A program made the translations under genes and the position numbers. A DNA stretch of 60,719 nucleotides, the filler included, from Globobulimina sp. (Eukaryota): assembly GCA_003354225.1 (NCBI GenBank). It is 11 parts of 11 records of this genome, joined end to end, with 100 filler letters (N's around TTAATTAATTAA, not from the genome) between each part and the next. Parts side by side here need not be neighbours in the genome. Positions count along the whole stretch, not along the records: positions 22,141 to 27,572 come from PIVH01000577.1; positions 27,673 to 33,102 come from PIVH01000578.1; positions 33,203 to 38,630 come from PIVH01000579.1; 8 more parts are not named here. The stretch is one strand, 5' to 3'. A model generated the notes under the pieces. It ran no database searches, had not been told where the DNA came from, and saw nothing but the letters and a program-made list of their open reading frames with translations. Below are positions 22,141 through 36,300 of this stretch, piece after piece. Numbering within the stretch: the stretch's first letter is position 1; each line of letters opens with the position of its first letter.

Positions 22141-23620
22141 GACATTTGGATTGAACCTCGAGACCGATATCTGGCCGACATAAAGCACTGCATTTTTAAA
22201 TGTTTTTGTGTCTTGTAATATGACGTCCGTTTCTTTTTTGGTTAAATGTTTACAAAATTTATTTCGATTTCTTCGCCGTCTTTTTGGCTGGTTTGTGTCA
22301 TGGGTATTTTGCTCTAAATATGCATCCAACACCGCTGCTTTATTCTGTTTGTTGTTGTTATATCTCGGTCTATCGCGTTTATTTCGTGGTTGGTGTACTT
22401 GATCGTGGCGCAATACAGTCCTCCGGGGTCTGTGTAGTGTGTAGTATTGCATTTATATCACATCATCGACATCCTTGCACTCATTTATTTTGGAAAAAGA
22501 AAGTGCTGACAATGAATATTTAGTGGCTCGTTGGAGTTTAAAGGAATGTATTTGATGTCTGGATTTATGAGAGGTTTTGTGCTGATCGGGTAAGCGTGGC
22601 TGTGTATGGAGTTGCGACACTAATTCCCAATTCATAGGGGGCACTGCGGATTGTTTGTGTTGTGGCCGAGGCGGCGATTCTATGCATTGTTGGATGTGGT
22701 TATGGTCCACATACACTGGGTATAGGTCATTTTTATTATTATAACTATCAGTCACATTGACTAAGTTTGAAAAGCGGTCATTGCCTCCATTTTGTTGCCT
22801 GTTTATTAAAATAACAAACAACAACACACATAATGTAATTATTAAAGATAATTAAAAATATGATTGGCGCAAAAAAAGAGGTTGTTGTCTGTTATCTTAA
22901 TGACTAATTATTCATTGTTTTCTTATACATTACTAAACTTTGGATAATAGTCGACATAAAATTGGTTTTTTTTACGTGGTTTATGTTCGGTTTGGTATTT
23001 ATACGGTTTCATATTTAGAATGGCCGGGTCATTTATGGTTGAATTATTGGCTTGTTTTTTAATTAATTTTACATATTTTCTATTATTATTATTATTATGG
23101 TTATAATTGGTGTGGCTGGGATGGTGTTGATGTGCAGGTTGATGTTGATGTGGATGTGGATGTGGATGCGCATATTGTTGCTGTGGATATTGTTTCTTTT
23201 GCTGTTTAACCATAACCATCGGTTTTCGGCTCTGATTATTTGGGTGTTTGCTTTTTCGACTTTTACATTGTTTTAAATATTGCGTAGGATCCAGATCGAC
23301 TCTGATCCATTTATCAGTTTTCCGATTCTTTCTCATTTCTGACCATTCAATTTCGGAATAGTTTTTATTTTGTGATAGTGTGCCAATATAATATCTTTTT
23401 GCTTTGCCGCTGGATCGGAAATCCCAATGCGCCTTCAAATTGCTTTGCGGTTCAGAGGTCAATGTGTATTCTTCTAATGAAGAGGCTTCGGTTAATGTAC
23501 ATTTATCATTGCTGCACATTATTACCATTCTCTCGCCATTCCAACGACTTTTGTTTAATATTATATTCGGATGTGGTCAGAAAGGATAGTGGCAGAAGAA
23601 GTGACTGATAGATAAGTTAC
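22141..23620 (-). CDS. Hypothetical low-complexity (Q/H/N-rich) protein, multi-exon, 3'-partial; start uncertain
   Basis: Chain of minus-strand ORFs 22923-23528, 22453-22827 and 22141-22452. Confidence 0.45.
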
Positions 23621-23762
23621 CTATTTCCACGTATTTCCCATACGCCCTGCCATTGGGGGTGCAAAGAGTATTGCATTGTATTGGTTTAATTAATTTTATA
23701 TAAGTTATGCTAGCATCATAACAGTTCACTTGTTTAGTTGAGTAAGTTTTTGTATGAATTGA

Positions 23763-26700
23763 ATGCAACCTCGTTACACACCGTCATCCAATACTAGTAT
23801 GAGACGAAAAAGAGCTGGTTCTTCTTCATCGAATGCGAATGATCACACAAAGACCGATTTTTGGCAATTTAAAGGTACAACACCATAGAATAACATTTTA
23901 AATATTTAAATACATTTTTGTAAACATATGATAGGTGGAAAAATTAAATTGGATAAAACTAAAACAACTGCAACAAAATCAGCAAAGTATGCATATAATT
24001 CAGCTTTTGGATCGATCTCAGTATCGAATGGTAAACACATTTGGAAATTAGAGGTGATACGTTTAACAAAGAAAATGTGCGTCGGCGTAACCTCATCGAT
24101 AAAAACATTGGATATGAACTTCCATAAACAAGACACTTATCCACATTTTGGATACACATCCGGCGCAATGAAAATATCACAAAACACGCAATATGAGAAA
24201 TATGGCATAAATATGAAGTCCGGACAAATAATCACAATCATTTTAGACTTAAATTACAGATACATCTCTTTTATGAACAACAATGACGACTTAGGAATAG
24301 CATTCAAACGCATTGAGATTGGGCCGAATATAAATTATCGATTAGCCGTCAGTTTGTTGGATAAAAATGATTCAATCAAAATTATTGGATATGGAGAGTT
24401 TTTTGATGGCGATGCCGATGATGACGAGGATGGCGATGACAAACAAGAAGAATATAATGAGTGGGATATAAAAGAAATAAAATCATGGAATGATATTATG
24501 GTTAAACAATTTATTAAAAAAACGTTGATCACTAAGACGTCGATACATGATGGAAATGATTTGAATGAGATATATTATGAAATAAATCAAAAGGAGACTC
24601 ATAAAAATACCCAGTCATTAACAAAGAAAATAAATAAATGCAAACAACATATATTTGTATTAAAAGATGAAATGATATCAAAAGCAAAGGGGTTTGAACA
24701 GGAAATGAATGATTTTAATATTTCAGTCTCACGAAAGATTAAAGCATTAACAGAGGACAATCAGCAACAATTAATTCAGCAAAAAAATGAATATAACAGA
24801 AAAAGTCAGCAAAATCAAGTAAGAATCAATAAATTTAAAATTGAATTCGAGAGAGAAAGAGAACAAAACGCAAAGTTATTGGCGGAGATAAATAAATATA
24901 AATTAGCAAAGGAGCAACTATTGAATGGCTATAATCAGTTAACGGGAAAAATAAATGAGTCAAATATACAAATTGTGACATTAACAAAACAAAATCAAGA
25001 ATTAGCTAAAAATTATTGCACAAAAAATAAATATGAGCTATTGTTAAATACATACAATGTTCACGTTAAACAGTTGGAAGATGAGATAGAAAGCAATAAA
25101 AATGAAAAAAGTCAGTTAAGGAAACAATTAAAGTTAAAGCAGAATGATATGAAAAAATTAAGCAAACAGAATGAAGAATTAATTGAAGCCAAAGATGAAT
25201 TTGAAAGTACAAACAGTCAAATATTGGATAAATACATTGGAATACAAAAAGAGAAAAATGCGTTAATAGCAGACAATGATGAATTGATTGATAAACATAA
25301 AAATGAACGGCGATTAATGGAGACACAAACAAAAAAATATAATCAATTATTACAAAATATATCTGCATTGACAGTGGAAAAGAATGAAAATGAAAACACG
25401 ATTAAAAACATGGCAGAAATATCAACAAAGGAAAAAAATGAATTTCTGAAACAAACCAACGAAATGGAAGAGAAATTAAATAATTTTGAATTAATAAATG
25501 AGGAACTTAAAGAAAATGAGAAATGTATTAAAATTGAATTAGAATCAGAGAGAAAACGATTCAATATGGCAATGGACAAAATTAAACAAGAAAATATTGA
25601 CAAATTACAGGTATTAACGGAACAGAATAAAGAGGCAAAGAATAAATTAAATAAATCGTTGGAAAATGAAAAATGTGCTACAATGGGACTAGAACAGAAA
25701 AATAATGAATATAATCAAATAGAAAAAGAGAAAAAGAAATATGAAGCAATCAACAAAAAATTAAATACAAAATCACAAGAATATTGCATAGAAATTAATG
25801 AAATAAACCAGGAAAATAATGAATTGCGGGAAAAAATAAACAAATGCTTAGAACTCGAGAAACAAAGCAAACAAATATTGAATGAATCCGATATCAAAAA
25901 TGACGATTTATTAAACAAAATCAAACAAGAAAATGCTACAAATGCCAAAGCGTATAATGACAAAGTTCAATTACTAACAAATGAAAATAAGGCATTATTA
26001 CAGAAATATAATGAGTTGGCGCAAAAATTAAAGGATAAAATTGAAGAATTAAATGAATCGCTAAAAGTTAATAAAACAATACAAAATGAGCTAGAAATAC
26101 AAAACAAGAAAAATAGTGAATTGATTCAAACTGAACAACGATGGACAAAAAAGGAAATAAACAATGCACAAAAAATCCAAACATTAACAAAACAAAATCA
26201 AGAATTAATTCAACAACAAAATGAGAATGATAATGAAAATCGAGAATTGAAACAAAAATTAAACGAAAATGAATCAATAAATAAACAATTAACTGAAAAA
26301 ATAACTAAATGCAATGCTAAAATTGAGTCATTGACTGAAAATGTGGAAAAACAATGCAATGTGGAAGAAAAACAAAAAAATGAATGGCGACAGAAAAATG
26401 AAGAATTGATTACAGAGAAAACTAAATGTAAACAGTTAACAGAAGAATTACATAAATCATTAGAAAATGAAAAGAAGCAAAATGAAAAAAGTAATCAATT
26501 ATTTCAACAAAACAATAATTTGAAAGCTACCAATCAGGAATTAAAAAATAAAAATGATGAATTATTAAATCAAATAAAACAAGAAAAAGACACAAACATT
26601 GAAAGGTATAATGAGAAGCAAGAATTAATAGAAAAAATGAACGGATTTACCGTGCAAAATAAAGAATTATTAAATAAAAACAATCAAATGAATAAAAATA

Positions 26701-27572
26701 AAAATGAATTGACAAACAAAATTGAAGAGTTAACAGACAATTTACATGGATCGCAAAAGGAGGCAGAAATGCAAAGGAAAGAAAATAGCGAACTAATTCA
26801 CAAAAATAATGAATTAATTGAGCATAAAAATAAAATAGAAATAAAAATTAAAGATAAAGACTCCGAATTGAATGATTTAAGAAAAGAAAAAAAGACAGTA
26901 ACCCAACAATTAAATCAATTGGTAGAAAATGAGAAAATTATTAAAGATGAGTTAAATGAGAATAAAGTAAGAAATGATGCATTGAGTGAAACATTGGAAG
27001 AATATGAGACAAAATTAAACAATTTAAAGCAAGAAAATGTTGATAAAAATGAACAAAATATACAACATTTAATAGATTATAACGAAAAAATTGAATTATT
27101 AACAAAGGAAAACAGAGAGTTAATGGAAACAAAGAATATTATTAATGAGAATCACGAATTATTAACGCAAGAATTGAATAAAACGATGGAAAATGAACAA
27201 TGTATAAAAAATAAACATGAGCGACTATTGGATAAATATAAAAATGATATAAAAAAATTAAGCAACGCAAAAGAGCAAAATGAATTATTGGATAAATGCA
27301 TTGCAATACAAAAAGAGAAAAACGATGAAGTGACTCGTAAGCACAAAAACGAAATGCAAGTAATGACCAAAAATAATGACAATCAACAAAATGATATAAA
27401 TGAAAAATTACATAAAATACAAGAATTGGAATGTACAATAAAGGAATTACTGAATGAGAAAAATGAATTAATTCAAATATCAAAAGAATATAAAACGAAA
27501 AGTGATGAGGATTTAAGTAATATAAAACAAGAAAATGTTGATAAAAATAATAAAATTGAATTATTAACAAAA
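23763..27572 (+). CDS. SPRY/B30.2 domain + very long coiled-coil protein, 3'-partial; short first exon
   Basis: GKHIWKLEV, MCVGV, GQIITIILDL, DLGIAF, YRLAVSL SPRY strands; about 1000 aa of E/K/N/Q heptads; G|GTACAA...ATAG|GT intron links ATG 23763 in frame. Confidence 0.8.
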
Positions 27573-27672
27573 NNNNNNNNNNNNNNNNNNNNNNNNNNNN
27601 NNNNNNNNNNNNNNNNTTAATTAATTAANNNNNNNNNNNNNNNNNNNNNNNNNNNNNNNNNNNNNNNNNNNN

Positions 27673-27846
27673 AATGCACGCCTTAAGGATAGAGTTGATT
27701 AGAAAATGCGTTTTCTCCTCTTCTATGTCATTATAAATCTCAAATACATTTTGAATGAGTTTATTGTTATTGATTATATTGTATGCAACATTCTTGTTTT
27801 GCGATATGATTTGTTTAATCAGTTGATTGGCTCGAATGTTGTTCAT
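27673..27846 (-). CDS. 5' fragment of a hypothetical protein
   Basis: ATG 27846, open to the contig edge. Confidence 0.3.
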
Positions 27847-27943
27847 GCTTTGCAGCAGCCTGAAATTTCCAGAAAGTTACAGTAAAACTCCAAGCTCAGA
27901 CCTGACGCTCAGCTCAACTTAAAAAACTTAATCCTTTGTAAAC

Positions 27944-28924
27944 ATGAACGTTAATTCAGTAATATACAGCATTACATGCGCAATTATTTGGTGTTCATGC
28001 AGCAAAGGGCAGTGTGATAGATATATTCGATTCTTTGCAGATGGAGGGTTTGAATATCATCCTGTAATGAATGAGCATTCATTTATGGTTGCATTCGAAA
28101 ATTGTGTTGCAGGATTTGACGATTTTGAGTACACAATGGGATATAATGCACACAAAGCAGTGACAAATGGACCTGGACCCGGTGGTTGGGGTTTTGCATG
28201 GTGGAAACAGCGACGTCCAAACTATAATTCCATCTGCAATATGAACGTAAATGTGAGCGAGGCAGAGCTTTGTGATTCAGAAAATTGCGACGCATTCACA
28301 GATATGCAATTTGTACATCCAAGTATGGATGAAATGTGTCCGAGTACTATATCGAACGCGTACGTAGCATTTGCTTATTTTACAATGTATGGATATTATC
28401 AAAATCAATGTGATTTATCTGGTGAACAAGTAATATATCAATTGGAATGTGAGTGTAATAATACGTATCGATTGACATTTTATGAATATTATAAAAAGAA
28501 TAAAATCTGTTTATTTGAAACTACGTTTTTCGCAAATCAAACATATATGGAAACCATAAATTGTGTAAATCAGTGTACAGATAATTATGCTGAGGGTATA
28601 AATGATTATGTTGATGAAGCATTGATAGAGGATTTTGAGTGCACAAATCAGTGTACTAATGATTCATTGATTAGACAAACAACAACAACTTCTACAGAAG
28701 TAACAGAAGATGCTGTTGATGTTGATGAAGAATTACAACAATGGTTTATTATTGGAATTGTATTTGTTTGTTTGTTCGTCGTAGCATGTTTAATGAGTAG
28801 TTATATGGCTTATAAATTGTATATTGATGATAATGATAAATTGTACACTGATGATAAAATCATTGAGAAAAATGAATTTAAAGGTTTAACTGATGATATT
28901 GAAGCAACTGAAGCAACTCAATAA
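27944..28924 (+). CDS. Type I membrane protein with Cys-rich ectodomain
   Basis: N-terminal signal peptide, many Cys, TM WFIIGIVFVCLFVVACLM. Confidence 0.75.
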   Translation: MNVNSVIYSITCAIIWCSCSKGQCDRYIRFFADGGFEYHPVMNEHSFMVAFENCVAGFDDFEYTMGYNAHKAVTNGPGPGGWGFAWWKQRRPNYNSICNMNVNVSEAELCDSENCDAFTDMQFVHPSMDEMCPSTISNAYVAFAYFTMYGYYQNQCDLSGEQVIYQLECECNNTYRLTFYEYYKKNKICLFETTFFANQTYMETINCVNQCTDNYAEGINDYVDEALIEDFECTNQCTNDSLIRQTTTTSTEVTEDAVDVDEELQQWFIIGIVFVCLFVVACLMSSYMAYKLYIDDNDKLYTDDKIIEKNEFKGLTDDIEATEATQ

Positions 28925-29523
28925 TAACAATAACATTTAACTTGATTCTTGATTCCATTTTATTCGTTTTTTTTGCACGCTGTGGCCCTGTTTATTTAGG
29001 TGCTTCCTTTTTATTTTGTGCTTGGTTTGATCGTCCTGTGCGTTTCCCTCAATTAATTATAAATTAATTGTAAATCTAAAAACATATAAAAACACAGTCA
29101 CAAACAGTTTCATGCATACAAACCAATGCAATTATTATCATGCATATTTACATATTATTTTATAACATACACTGAGTTGATTATCGACTCTATTTTTGTA
29201 TTGTCTATCGATATTAGCGATTTTAATTCGAAAATCCACCAATTGTGCATTTCGATCGATAGACGAGTCGGTTCCGTGGAGAATCAAAATTCCACGAGAC
29301 AGAATCAAGAATCAACTTTAGTGAAATCAAGAATCAAGTTTTCGAAAATCAAAAATCAAAATCAAAAATCTATTAATTTATAATCTAAAAATAATTTATA
29401 CAAAAATAGCAAATACTCATCAACTACTAACACCTTCCAACATGTCACTGTTTGTATATGAAATGGTGATATGAGTTATAACATTGACATTGTCAACGTG
29501 GTCAGACTGAACGCCAGAACACA

Positions 29524-31020
29524 ATGTCTAAAAAAGGAAGCAATTGCAATTTTGAATTTGCACCATCAGCTACAGACGAAACTACAATTATACTTGCAAT
29601 GTTTACAAAAATCTCGTTGCAATTATTCTTCGAATTTTTGCCAGTGCTCATTGGTAACATGTTTATTGGACATATATCAAATAGCGGAATATTAATGGCA
29701 GCGTGCGGCATTGCAAGGTCATTCACGGAATCATCTGCATCCGGAATTGCATGGGGATTCACCACTGCACTCAAAACATTATTACCTCAGTGTATCGGTA
29801 TGCAATCTATGAATGACTATTTAATCTCGATATATGTACAAAGAGCATCAATAATAACGTGCATGGTATTAATTCCTTTATCCATCTTACAAATATTTGC
29901 TGGTCAGGTTATTGAATGTATTTATGGCAAAACCTATTGCGATGCAAATGATTTATGTCACATTATATGCATATATTGCAGATGTACAATCCCTTACATT
30001 TGGTTTAGAATTTGCATTGCGATCTGTCAGCGTATCGGGCAAAATCTGCAGTTAAACACAGAAATATCAGTTGCTTTGTTTATAAGTTGTATATCCTGCA
30101 TTCCTTTGAATTATTTTCTCATTTTTTATTTGCAGCTTGGATTTATTGGAGCCGCAGTAACCACAAATATCGTCAATCTGATCGCATGTTTGTTGCTGGT
30201 TTTTGTCATATATCTGAGGCATTTTGGGTACATATTTGTTCCCAAACCTCTGAGTAAAGTGTGTAGTTACAATGGAATGAAAGAATACATAAAATTAGCA
30301 TTGCCAGGCACGGGAAGAGCAGCGACAGAATTCTTTATTTTTGAAATATATGTATTGCTTTCTGCGTTTGTGCACAATCCAAATATTGCAGTGAGTGCTA
30401 GCACCATTTTATATGGAATTAATTTACTTTCTACAGTGTTTGCAGAGAGTTTGGGCTTAGTCTTATCAGTAAGAATTGGCAAATATGTGGGTGCTGCATC
30501 CATACAATACGCAAAACGAAGCATATTTATTGGCTTTATATTTGGTTTCGGATTGGCTGTAATAAGTTCTTTGATGATATATGTCGCATTTATTGTTTAT
30601 GGAGAACAGTTAATTCGTTTTTTATGGATAAATAACGATTATGTCGTCGATATGGCACAACGTTTAATGTATGTAGTTTTATTTCGAAATGTTATAGTTT
30701 GGTGGTACTATTGTTTAGTTGGCGTATTTTCTGGCATTGGATATCCTCAATACCCTGGCTATGGACTGTCATTTTGTTGTTGGTTCATTGCACTTCCCAT
30801 TGAATTCATTTTATTGTTTGTCTATAAATTCAAACAAAACACTGAAATCGCATTGTTTATAATATGGAGTGCTCCGGCCTTTGCTAGAACGATTTGTTCA
30901 TTGTTTCTGACAATTGCATTGTTTTGCAGAATGGATTGGAATGTTATCATTGCAAAGTCACAAAGTAGAATATTAATGGATGCAACCTGTACATCTCCAA
31001 ATTATGGGTCCATTCAATGA
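29524..31020 (+). CDS. MATE-family efflux transporter (intronless paralog)
   Basis: MFIGHI, WGFTTALKTLLPQCIG, YVQRA, LALPG, VRIGKYVG; about 12 TM helices. Confidence 0.92.
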   Translation: MSKKGSNCNFEFAPSATDETTIILAMFTKISLQLFFEFLPVLIGNMFIGHISNSGILMAACGIARSFTESSASGIAWGFTTALKTLLPQCIGMQSMNDYLISIYVQRASIITCMVLIPLSILQIFAGQVIECIYGKTYCDANDLCHIICIYCRCTIPYIWFRICIAICQRIGQNLQLNTEISVALFISCISCIPLNYFLIFYLQLGFIGAAVTTNIVNLIACLLLVFVIYLRHFGYIFVPKPLSKVCSYNGMKEYIKLALPGTGRAATEFFIFEIYVLLSAFVHNPNIAVSASTILYGINLLSTVFAESLGLVLSVRIGKYVGAASIQYAKRSIFIGFIFGFGLAVISSLMIYVAFIVYGEQLIRFLWINNDYVVDMAQRLMYVVLFRNVIVWWYYCLVGVFSGIGYPQYPGYGLSFCCWFIALPIEFILLFVYKFKQNTEIALFIIWSAPAFARTICSLFLTIALFCRMDWNVIIAKSQSRILMDATCTSPNYGSIQ

Positions 31021-31081
31021 TTTATTTGATTTGATTGTGTCCATTTAAAAAACTATAGTTGTAGCTCACTGAATTTTGATA

Positions 31082-32487
31082 ATGGCAACATCAATCTTGC
31101 AATTCTCGCATTGCAGACTATCATACCGCACAGTCAACAGATTCCGTTCTATTACACCACATATAACCCAGCCATCACTACATCTATTCCAATGTAGTTA
31201 TTTTGCAGCCAAACCGCGACCTAAAAGTATCACATCTCTATCAAATCCAAATCGAAGACGTTCTCCAGAATCAGATGACACAGCAACAGCATCCACCACC
31301 TCAACAGATTGGAATAATTACGACATTCAATTATTTCAATACTTTCACGATCCGCGCTCTTCGCAATTCCGTATATTATTGGATTATTTCAACATTGAAT
31401 ACGATTGTATTGAAGTAACACCATTTAAAAAACTGGAATTGTCTATATTTCAAATCCCCGAACAACATCACCATGCACCTTTACTCCGTATGGCTCATAA
31501 AACAAAATTGAAAGAAACCATCGACGCCTATAAAAAACAGGCAATCCAATATATTCCCAATGGATTTAGGCACGAAACGTTGCAAATTGCCAATGTTGCC
31601 ACCTTTCGGCAGAGGATCAAGGAACATATCAACAAACATGAAGGCAAAACCGCAGGTATTATTTGTGTCGGCTTTCCAGAAATTTCTCATGTATTCTTCC
31701 ACAATAAATAAGCGCGAAATATATACAGAAACGCATGTTTTTATGTTGCTATATAGAGGAAAAGGATGCATATAAAGAGAAAGTGGACGAATTATATGAT
31801 CATTATGATGCGATTTGCGACGAGAGATATAATTTTTATTTCCATCACAATGATTTATTCACCAGATTCCTCCCCTTAATTGACTCGCATTTAAGCAATG
31901 ACCAACGGCGCAGATTCATCAATGACAAATGTGACAAGGACAAAATCGAATTTTACAGCTCGAAGTATGCGTGGACGTTGCAAGCGTGCATTGCCAAATC
32001 GTTCCATTCCTGTTTCCAGCTAATGAGCTATGTCAAAATGTTTCGCAAAACGAGGAAATGGAGCAGATATAAGACGGAAACGACGCATTTATTTGGCGCT
32101 GTGAAAATGAGAGTGCTTCAAAAGCGGAAATATTGCAAACGGGCACAAACTGGAAACCAGCCAAGAGGCGCGGCTATGAAAATGACGTATGAGTTCTTGC
32201 AAACATTTAATGCGGATATGGCGGATTTGACATCGGGTGGCAAAGTGCCAAAAGAGAAAGAAGACGCGGAAGAGGATAACAGCAAAGCGGATATAACTTT
32301 GATTGGCAAACCGTTTCATGGTGGGAGGAGTCCCGACATTTTGGATATTTTGGTGTATGGCGCGTTGCGGGGAATACAAGGATTGGATGCTTATAACTTT
32401 TTGTTTAGGAAAACAACGCAAATCAATGACTGGTATACTAAAATGCAAGACGAAGTTGGCACAAGTGCTTGTAAAAAACATGCATGA
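31082..32487 (+). CDS. Prostaglandin E synthase 2-like glutaredoxin/GST protein, intron 31656-31756
   Basis: LFQY...LLDYFNIEYDCIEVTP Grx domain; PFHGGRSPDILDILVYGALRGIQGL...WYTKM GST-C; presequence-like N-terminus. Confidence 0.8.
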
Positions 32488-32598
32488 CTTTTCGGCTTGT
32501 AACCATACAGAATCTGTGTAGATATCACGTAAGATTGTCAACAGCTTAGATACTACAAAAAAAATCGCGAACCGTGACGCAGCTGTTAATAATATAAT

Positions 32599-33102
32599 AT
32601 GAACTTGTCAACCTCAGTCGGCACATGTGTGTTATTAATACAATTGCTAACTGCCACGACGAAAGTGTGGGTAGACACAGGTACTTCTTGATTTATACTG
32701 TTATCGTACGTCGATCTACGCAATTGAATTTATATTAATTACAGATATTGGTACGGACGTAGATGATACATTGGCAATATTAGAATTACTGTCAATATAT
32801 CCAGATATGGAAATTGTTGGTTGTTCGACAGTTGGACCTAATCCAACATTGGCAGCGATGATATTACAAAAATATTTATCCTATTTTGCGCACGCAAATA
32901 TTCCAATTTATGTCGGATTGAATGAAACAATGACACAGTGGCATCCCCCATATTATTATAACACGTACATTGATGAAGACATAATACATAAATCACAATA
33001 TTCATATTGGCACTCGTTTGTAAAACCATTCCCGCCGCCGGCAGAGTTATTTAATTCAGTCGACATTGTGTATGGCATTGCACCCTTAACAAACATCGCA
33101 TA
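32599..33102 (+). CDS. Inosine/uridine-preferring nucleoside hydrolase, possibly secreted, 3'-partial
   Basis: Spliced VWVDT-DIGTDVDDTLA (DxDxxxDD); IPIYVG; IAPLTNIA. Confidence 0.85.
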
Positions 33103-33385
33103 NNNNNNNNNNNNNNNNNNNNNNNNNNNNNNNNNNNNNNNNNNNNTTAATTAATTAANNNNNNNNNNNNNNNNNNNNNNNNNNNNNNNNNNNNNNNNNN
33201 NNCAAATTTCTATAGTTTAGACATGATTTTATTGCTTTTTTAGGTATGGGTTACTTTAACTAAGTAACTTGGTTTTTAACTAAGTATCTGGGCGCTGTTT
33301 ATCAAATACAAAAATTAAAAATGCGTCAAATTCTAAGCAAAAACTAAAAAAAGATTTCGAAATTGGAAAACAAAATGAGAAACCC

Positions 33386-36300
33386 TTGGATTTTTACATT
33401 ACAAAACATCAACAAAAAAATACAAAACTTGTATCTACTATCAGTAACCATATTGACAACGAAATTTCTATACAACCACCTATAATTGGTCTCAGTCACG
33501 ACGTTCTTTTCCCCCCCCCGATCTCCAGGCGCCGTTCTGGAAACCAATTCCGGCGCAAGAAATTAAGCTTTCGCACCAAAATGTGCGCGTCGAATAAAGA
33601 AATTCGTGCGTGTAATGGAATACCGTATACCAATCCTACAAAATTCTATACACCAAACACGAAAAACTACCGTATACAACGAAGAAAATCTTTACACAAA
33701 ACAAACGTCATTCTAGAAAAGTTTTCTCAAATTGCATCATTCTGCGGAAAAGTGATCTCGAAGTTTGGTATTATTACGGGTATTTCCCCAAGCTTTAAAG
33801 TGCCTTTTACTTCCGTGCCTTCTAAATCGCCTTCCTGTTCTTCTTCAAAACTTCTAAAGAAAAAACAACGAACACAAAAAAGGAAAATCACTATCAAAAA
33901 ATACGTAAGTAAAAATTACTATTATTATAATATGAGTGATAACGATAATATCGAAAAGGGTACAATCAATTCTATTGCATCAATTGCAAAATCAAACGAA
34001 ATGACCGATCTATCTTCCCAAAATCTAAGTACTAAAAATTCGAAATTACAAACTGATTCGGACAAAAAAGACGATCTATCTTCGCAGATATCTGTAGATT
34101 CTACAAATATCACACATTCTATCGATTCATCAATCTCCGTTTCAACCGATCTATCAACTGAATTAACTAAATCAACCGATAATACCGATATATCTTTGAT
34201 TTCATCTAAACCTTCGTCAACCTTAACGAAAACCAACGATAATTCGTTAAGTGAATTAGACGAAACCGCTAAATTAACTTTAGATCTGTCAAAATTCGAA
34301 ATATCTCCCCAAAAATTGGACGAATACGAATCGAACATAACTAACAGAACTACGCCAGAATACGATAATTCGATAATAGGAAAAATTCCTACTTCTTGCA
34401 CTAAATCAACAAATCATACTAATATTGCTAAATCAGACGAGGAGAAAAACGTGATAAAATCACCTAACCTCCCCCTATCGCCACCTAGACCATCAAGTGC
34501 CAGTAGTTATGGAAACGTGATGGACGGTAAAAAACAACGAAAATTTAGTGGGGAGCATCGTTCAAGAAGTACCCCTATCAAATCTAACTCTAAATCTAAA
34601 GCAATTTCTAAAACTAAATTAGGGTTACAAAAGGAGGAAAAGGATAAATTAACTAAAAAATTAGTACTGGATTCAACCGAAAAGGATAATCTTGAAGTAG
34701 ATGATACATCTATTAAAAATGTTAACGTTTTTAAAGGGGCAAAATCATCAAAATATCGAAATAAACCACCTACAGTATCACCGACACTGTACCGTCAAAC
34801 TCCAACCGCTAAATTTGCATCTAACGTATCAGATGTTGATATCGATAAGCCATATTTTAGTTACTCTCCTACCGATCCTCCTTCCGACAATCTTCTAAAT
34901 ACTCCTCATGACAATATTACTATTTCAGGAAAATTTCCACCAATGGAAGAATCTACCGAACAAAAAACGGCCTATGCTATCTTATCCGATGCAAGTGTCA
35001 GATTCCAAAATGGAAAAATTGTTGATTCTAATACTATCGAATCGCAAAATGCGATGATTACTCTATCTCCAGTGCTAAATGAGGAAGAGAAAACAATCCC
35101 ATCTATCCGTCAAAATTGTATCTGTAAATCAGGTCTTATTATCGACAATCAACTAAAAGAATGTAGAATTCTACAAAATACTATTAACAACATCAAACTA
35201 TCAATTGCCAATCAAATGGAGAATTTACAAACAGGTGGAGCCGATCTTGCAGGTATTGTCGAAAATTTTGATAAAATGTTTACAGTAATAACCAAAATGG
35301 TTTGCTCTCTAAGTGTACTTACAATGCAATCGACCGAAAATCTAACAGCATACGCTACAATAAATTCCGGCTATTTATGCAAGGACATGATCGAAAATAA
35401 AATTCTTCAATCGAACTTCAACGAACACGCATCAAACGCTCTAAATCACGATTGCAAAGTCGATTCTACAATAACCATACAATATGGTAAAAAAGTCACC
35501 GAAATTCAAGATGAAATCATAAATATGAAAAAAACCATAGATGGTGAATGGAGACGTCAGTTATCAGATAAAGTAACTCTATCTTATCTAAACGATTGCC
35601 TAAACAAAATATATGCGAAAATCGCAGAAATTCAACTGCCCCCATCTGATCAACAACCGATACAAACTCCGAACCTACAAAAATTGTTGGACAATAAAAT
35701 ATCTAAAACATATTTTAACGAACAGATAACAAAACTAAATGCGAAAATCGAAGAAAACCAAAAAGCACCTGCACATAAAACAGTCAAAAATCTAAATCAG
35801 CAAATTTCCAGAATGGAAGAAAAAATCAAAAATTTCGAACAATCTATTGTGGATTATGACGAACAATACGATAAGCTTACTACCGAAACTAATCTACAAA
35901 ACGATCTTTTCGAAGCATCTATAAAGAAAATTTCCGATAAATATGCCGCATCTAAAATCATAATTGAAAAAATGCGAACCCAAATACACGATCTTGAACA
36001 ATCTCAATCTACCTCATCATCTGAACCAGATCCATCAAAAGTGGAAGACGAACAAATAGAAGAAATAAACGAAAGAACAAAATTTGAATTATTCTTTGGT
36101 AATGTCAAAAATGATCCATTAAGTTGGCATTTCCCAGTTGAAGTTTATGGACCATTTCCTAAAGAACAAGCAATAGATGGAAGTGACGATAAATATGGTT
36201 TTCCATTTCAAACAGGTATGATTTACCAATGTTTCGATCACTATCTAAAAACTCATATGGCTTTGGAGTGTAACGATCTTGAACTTTTATCTTTACTATC

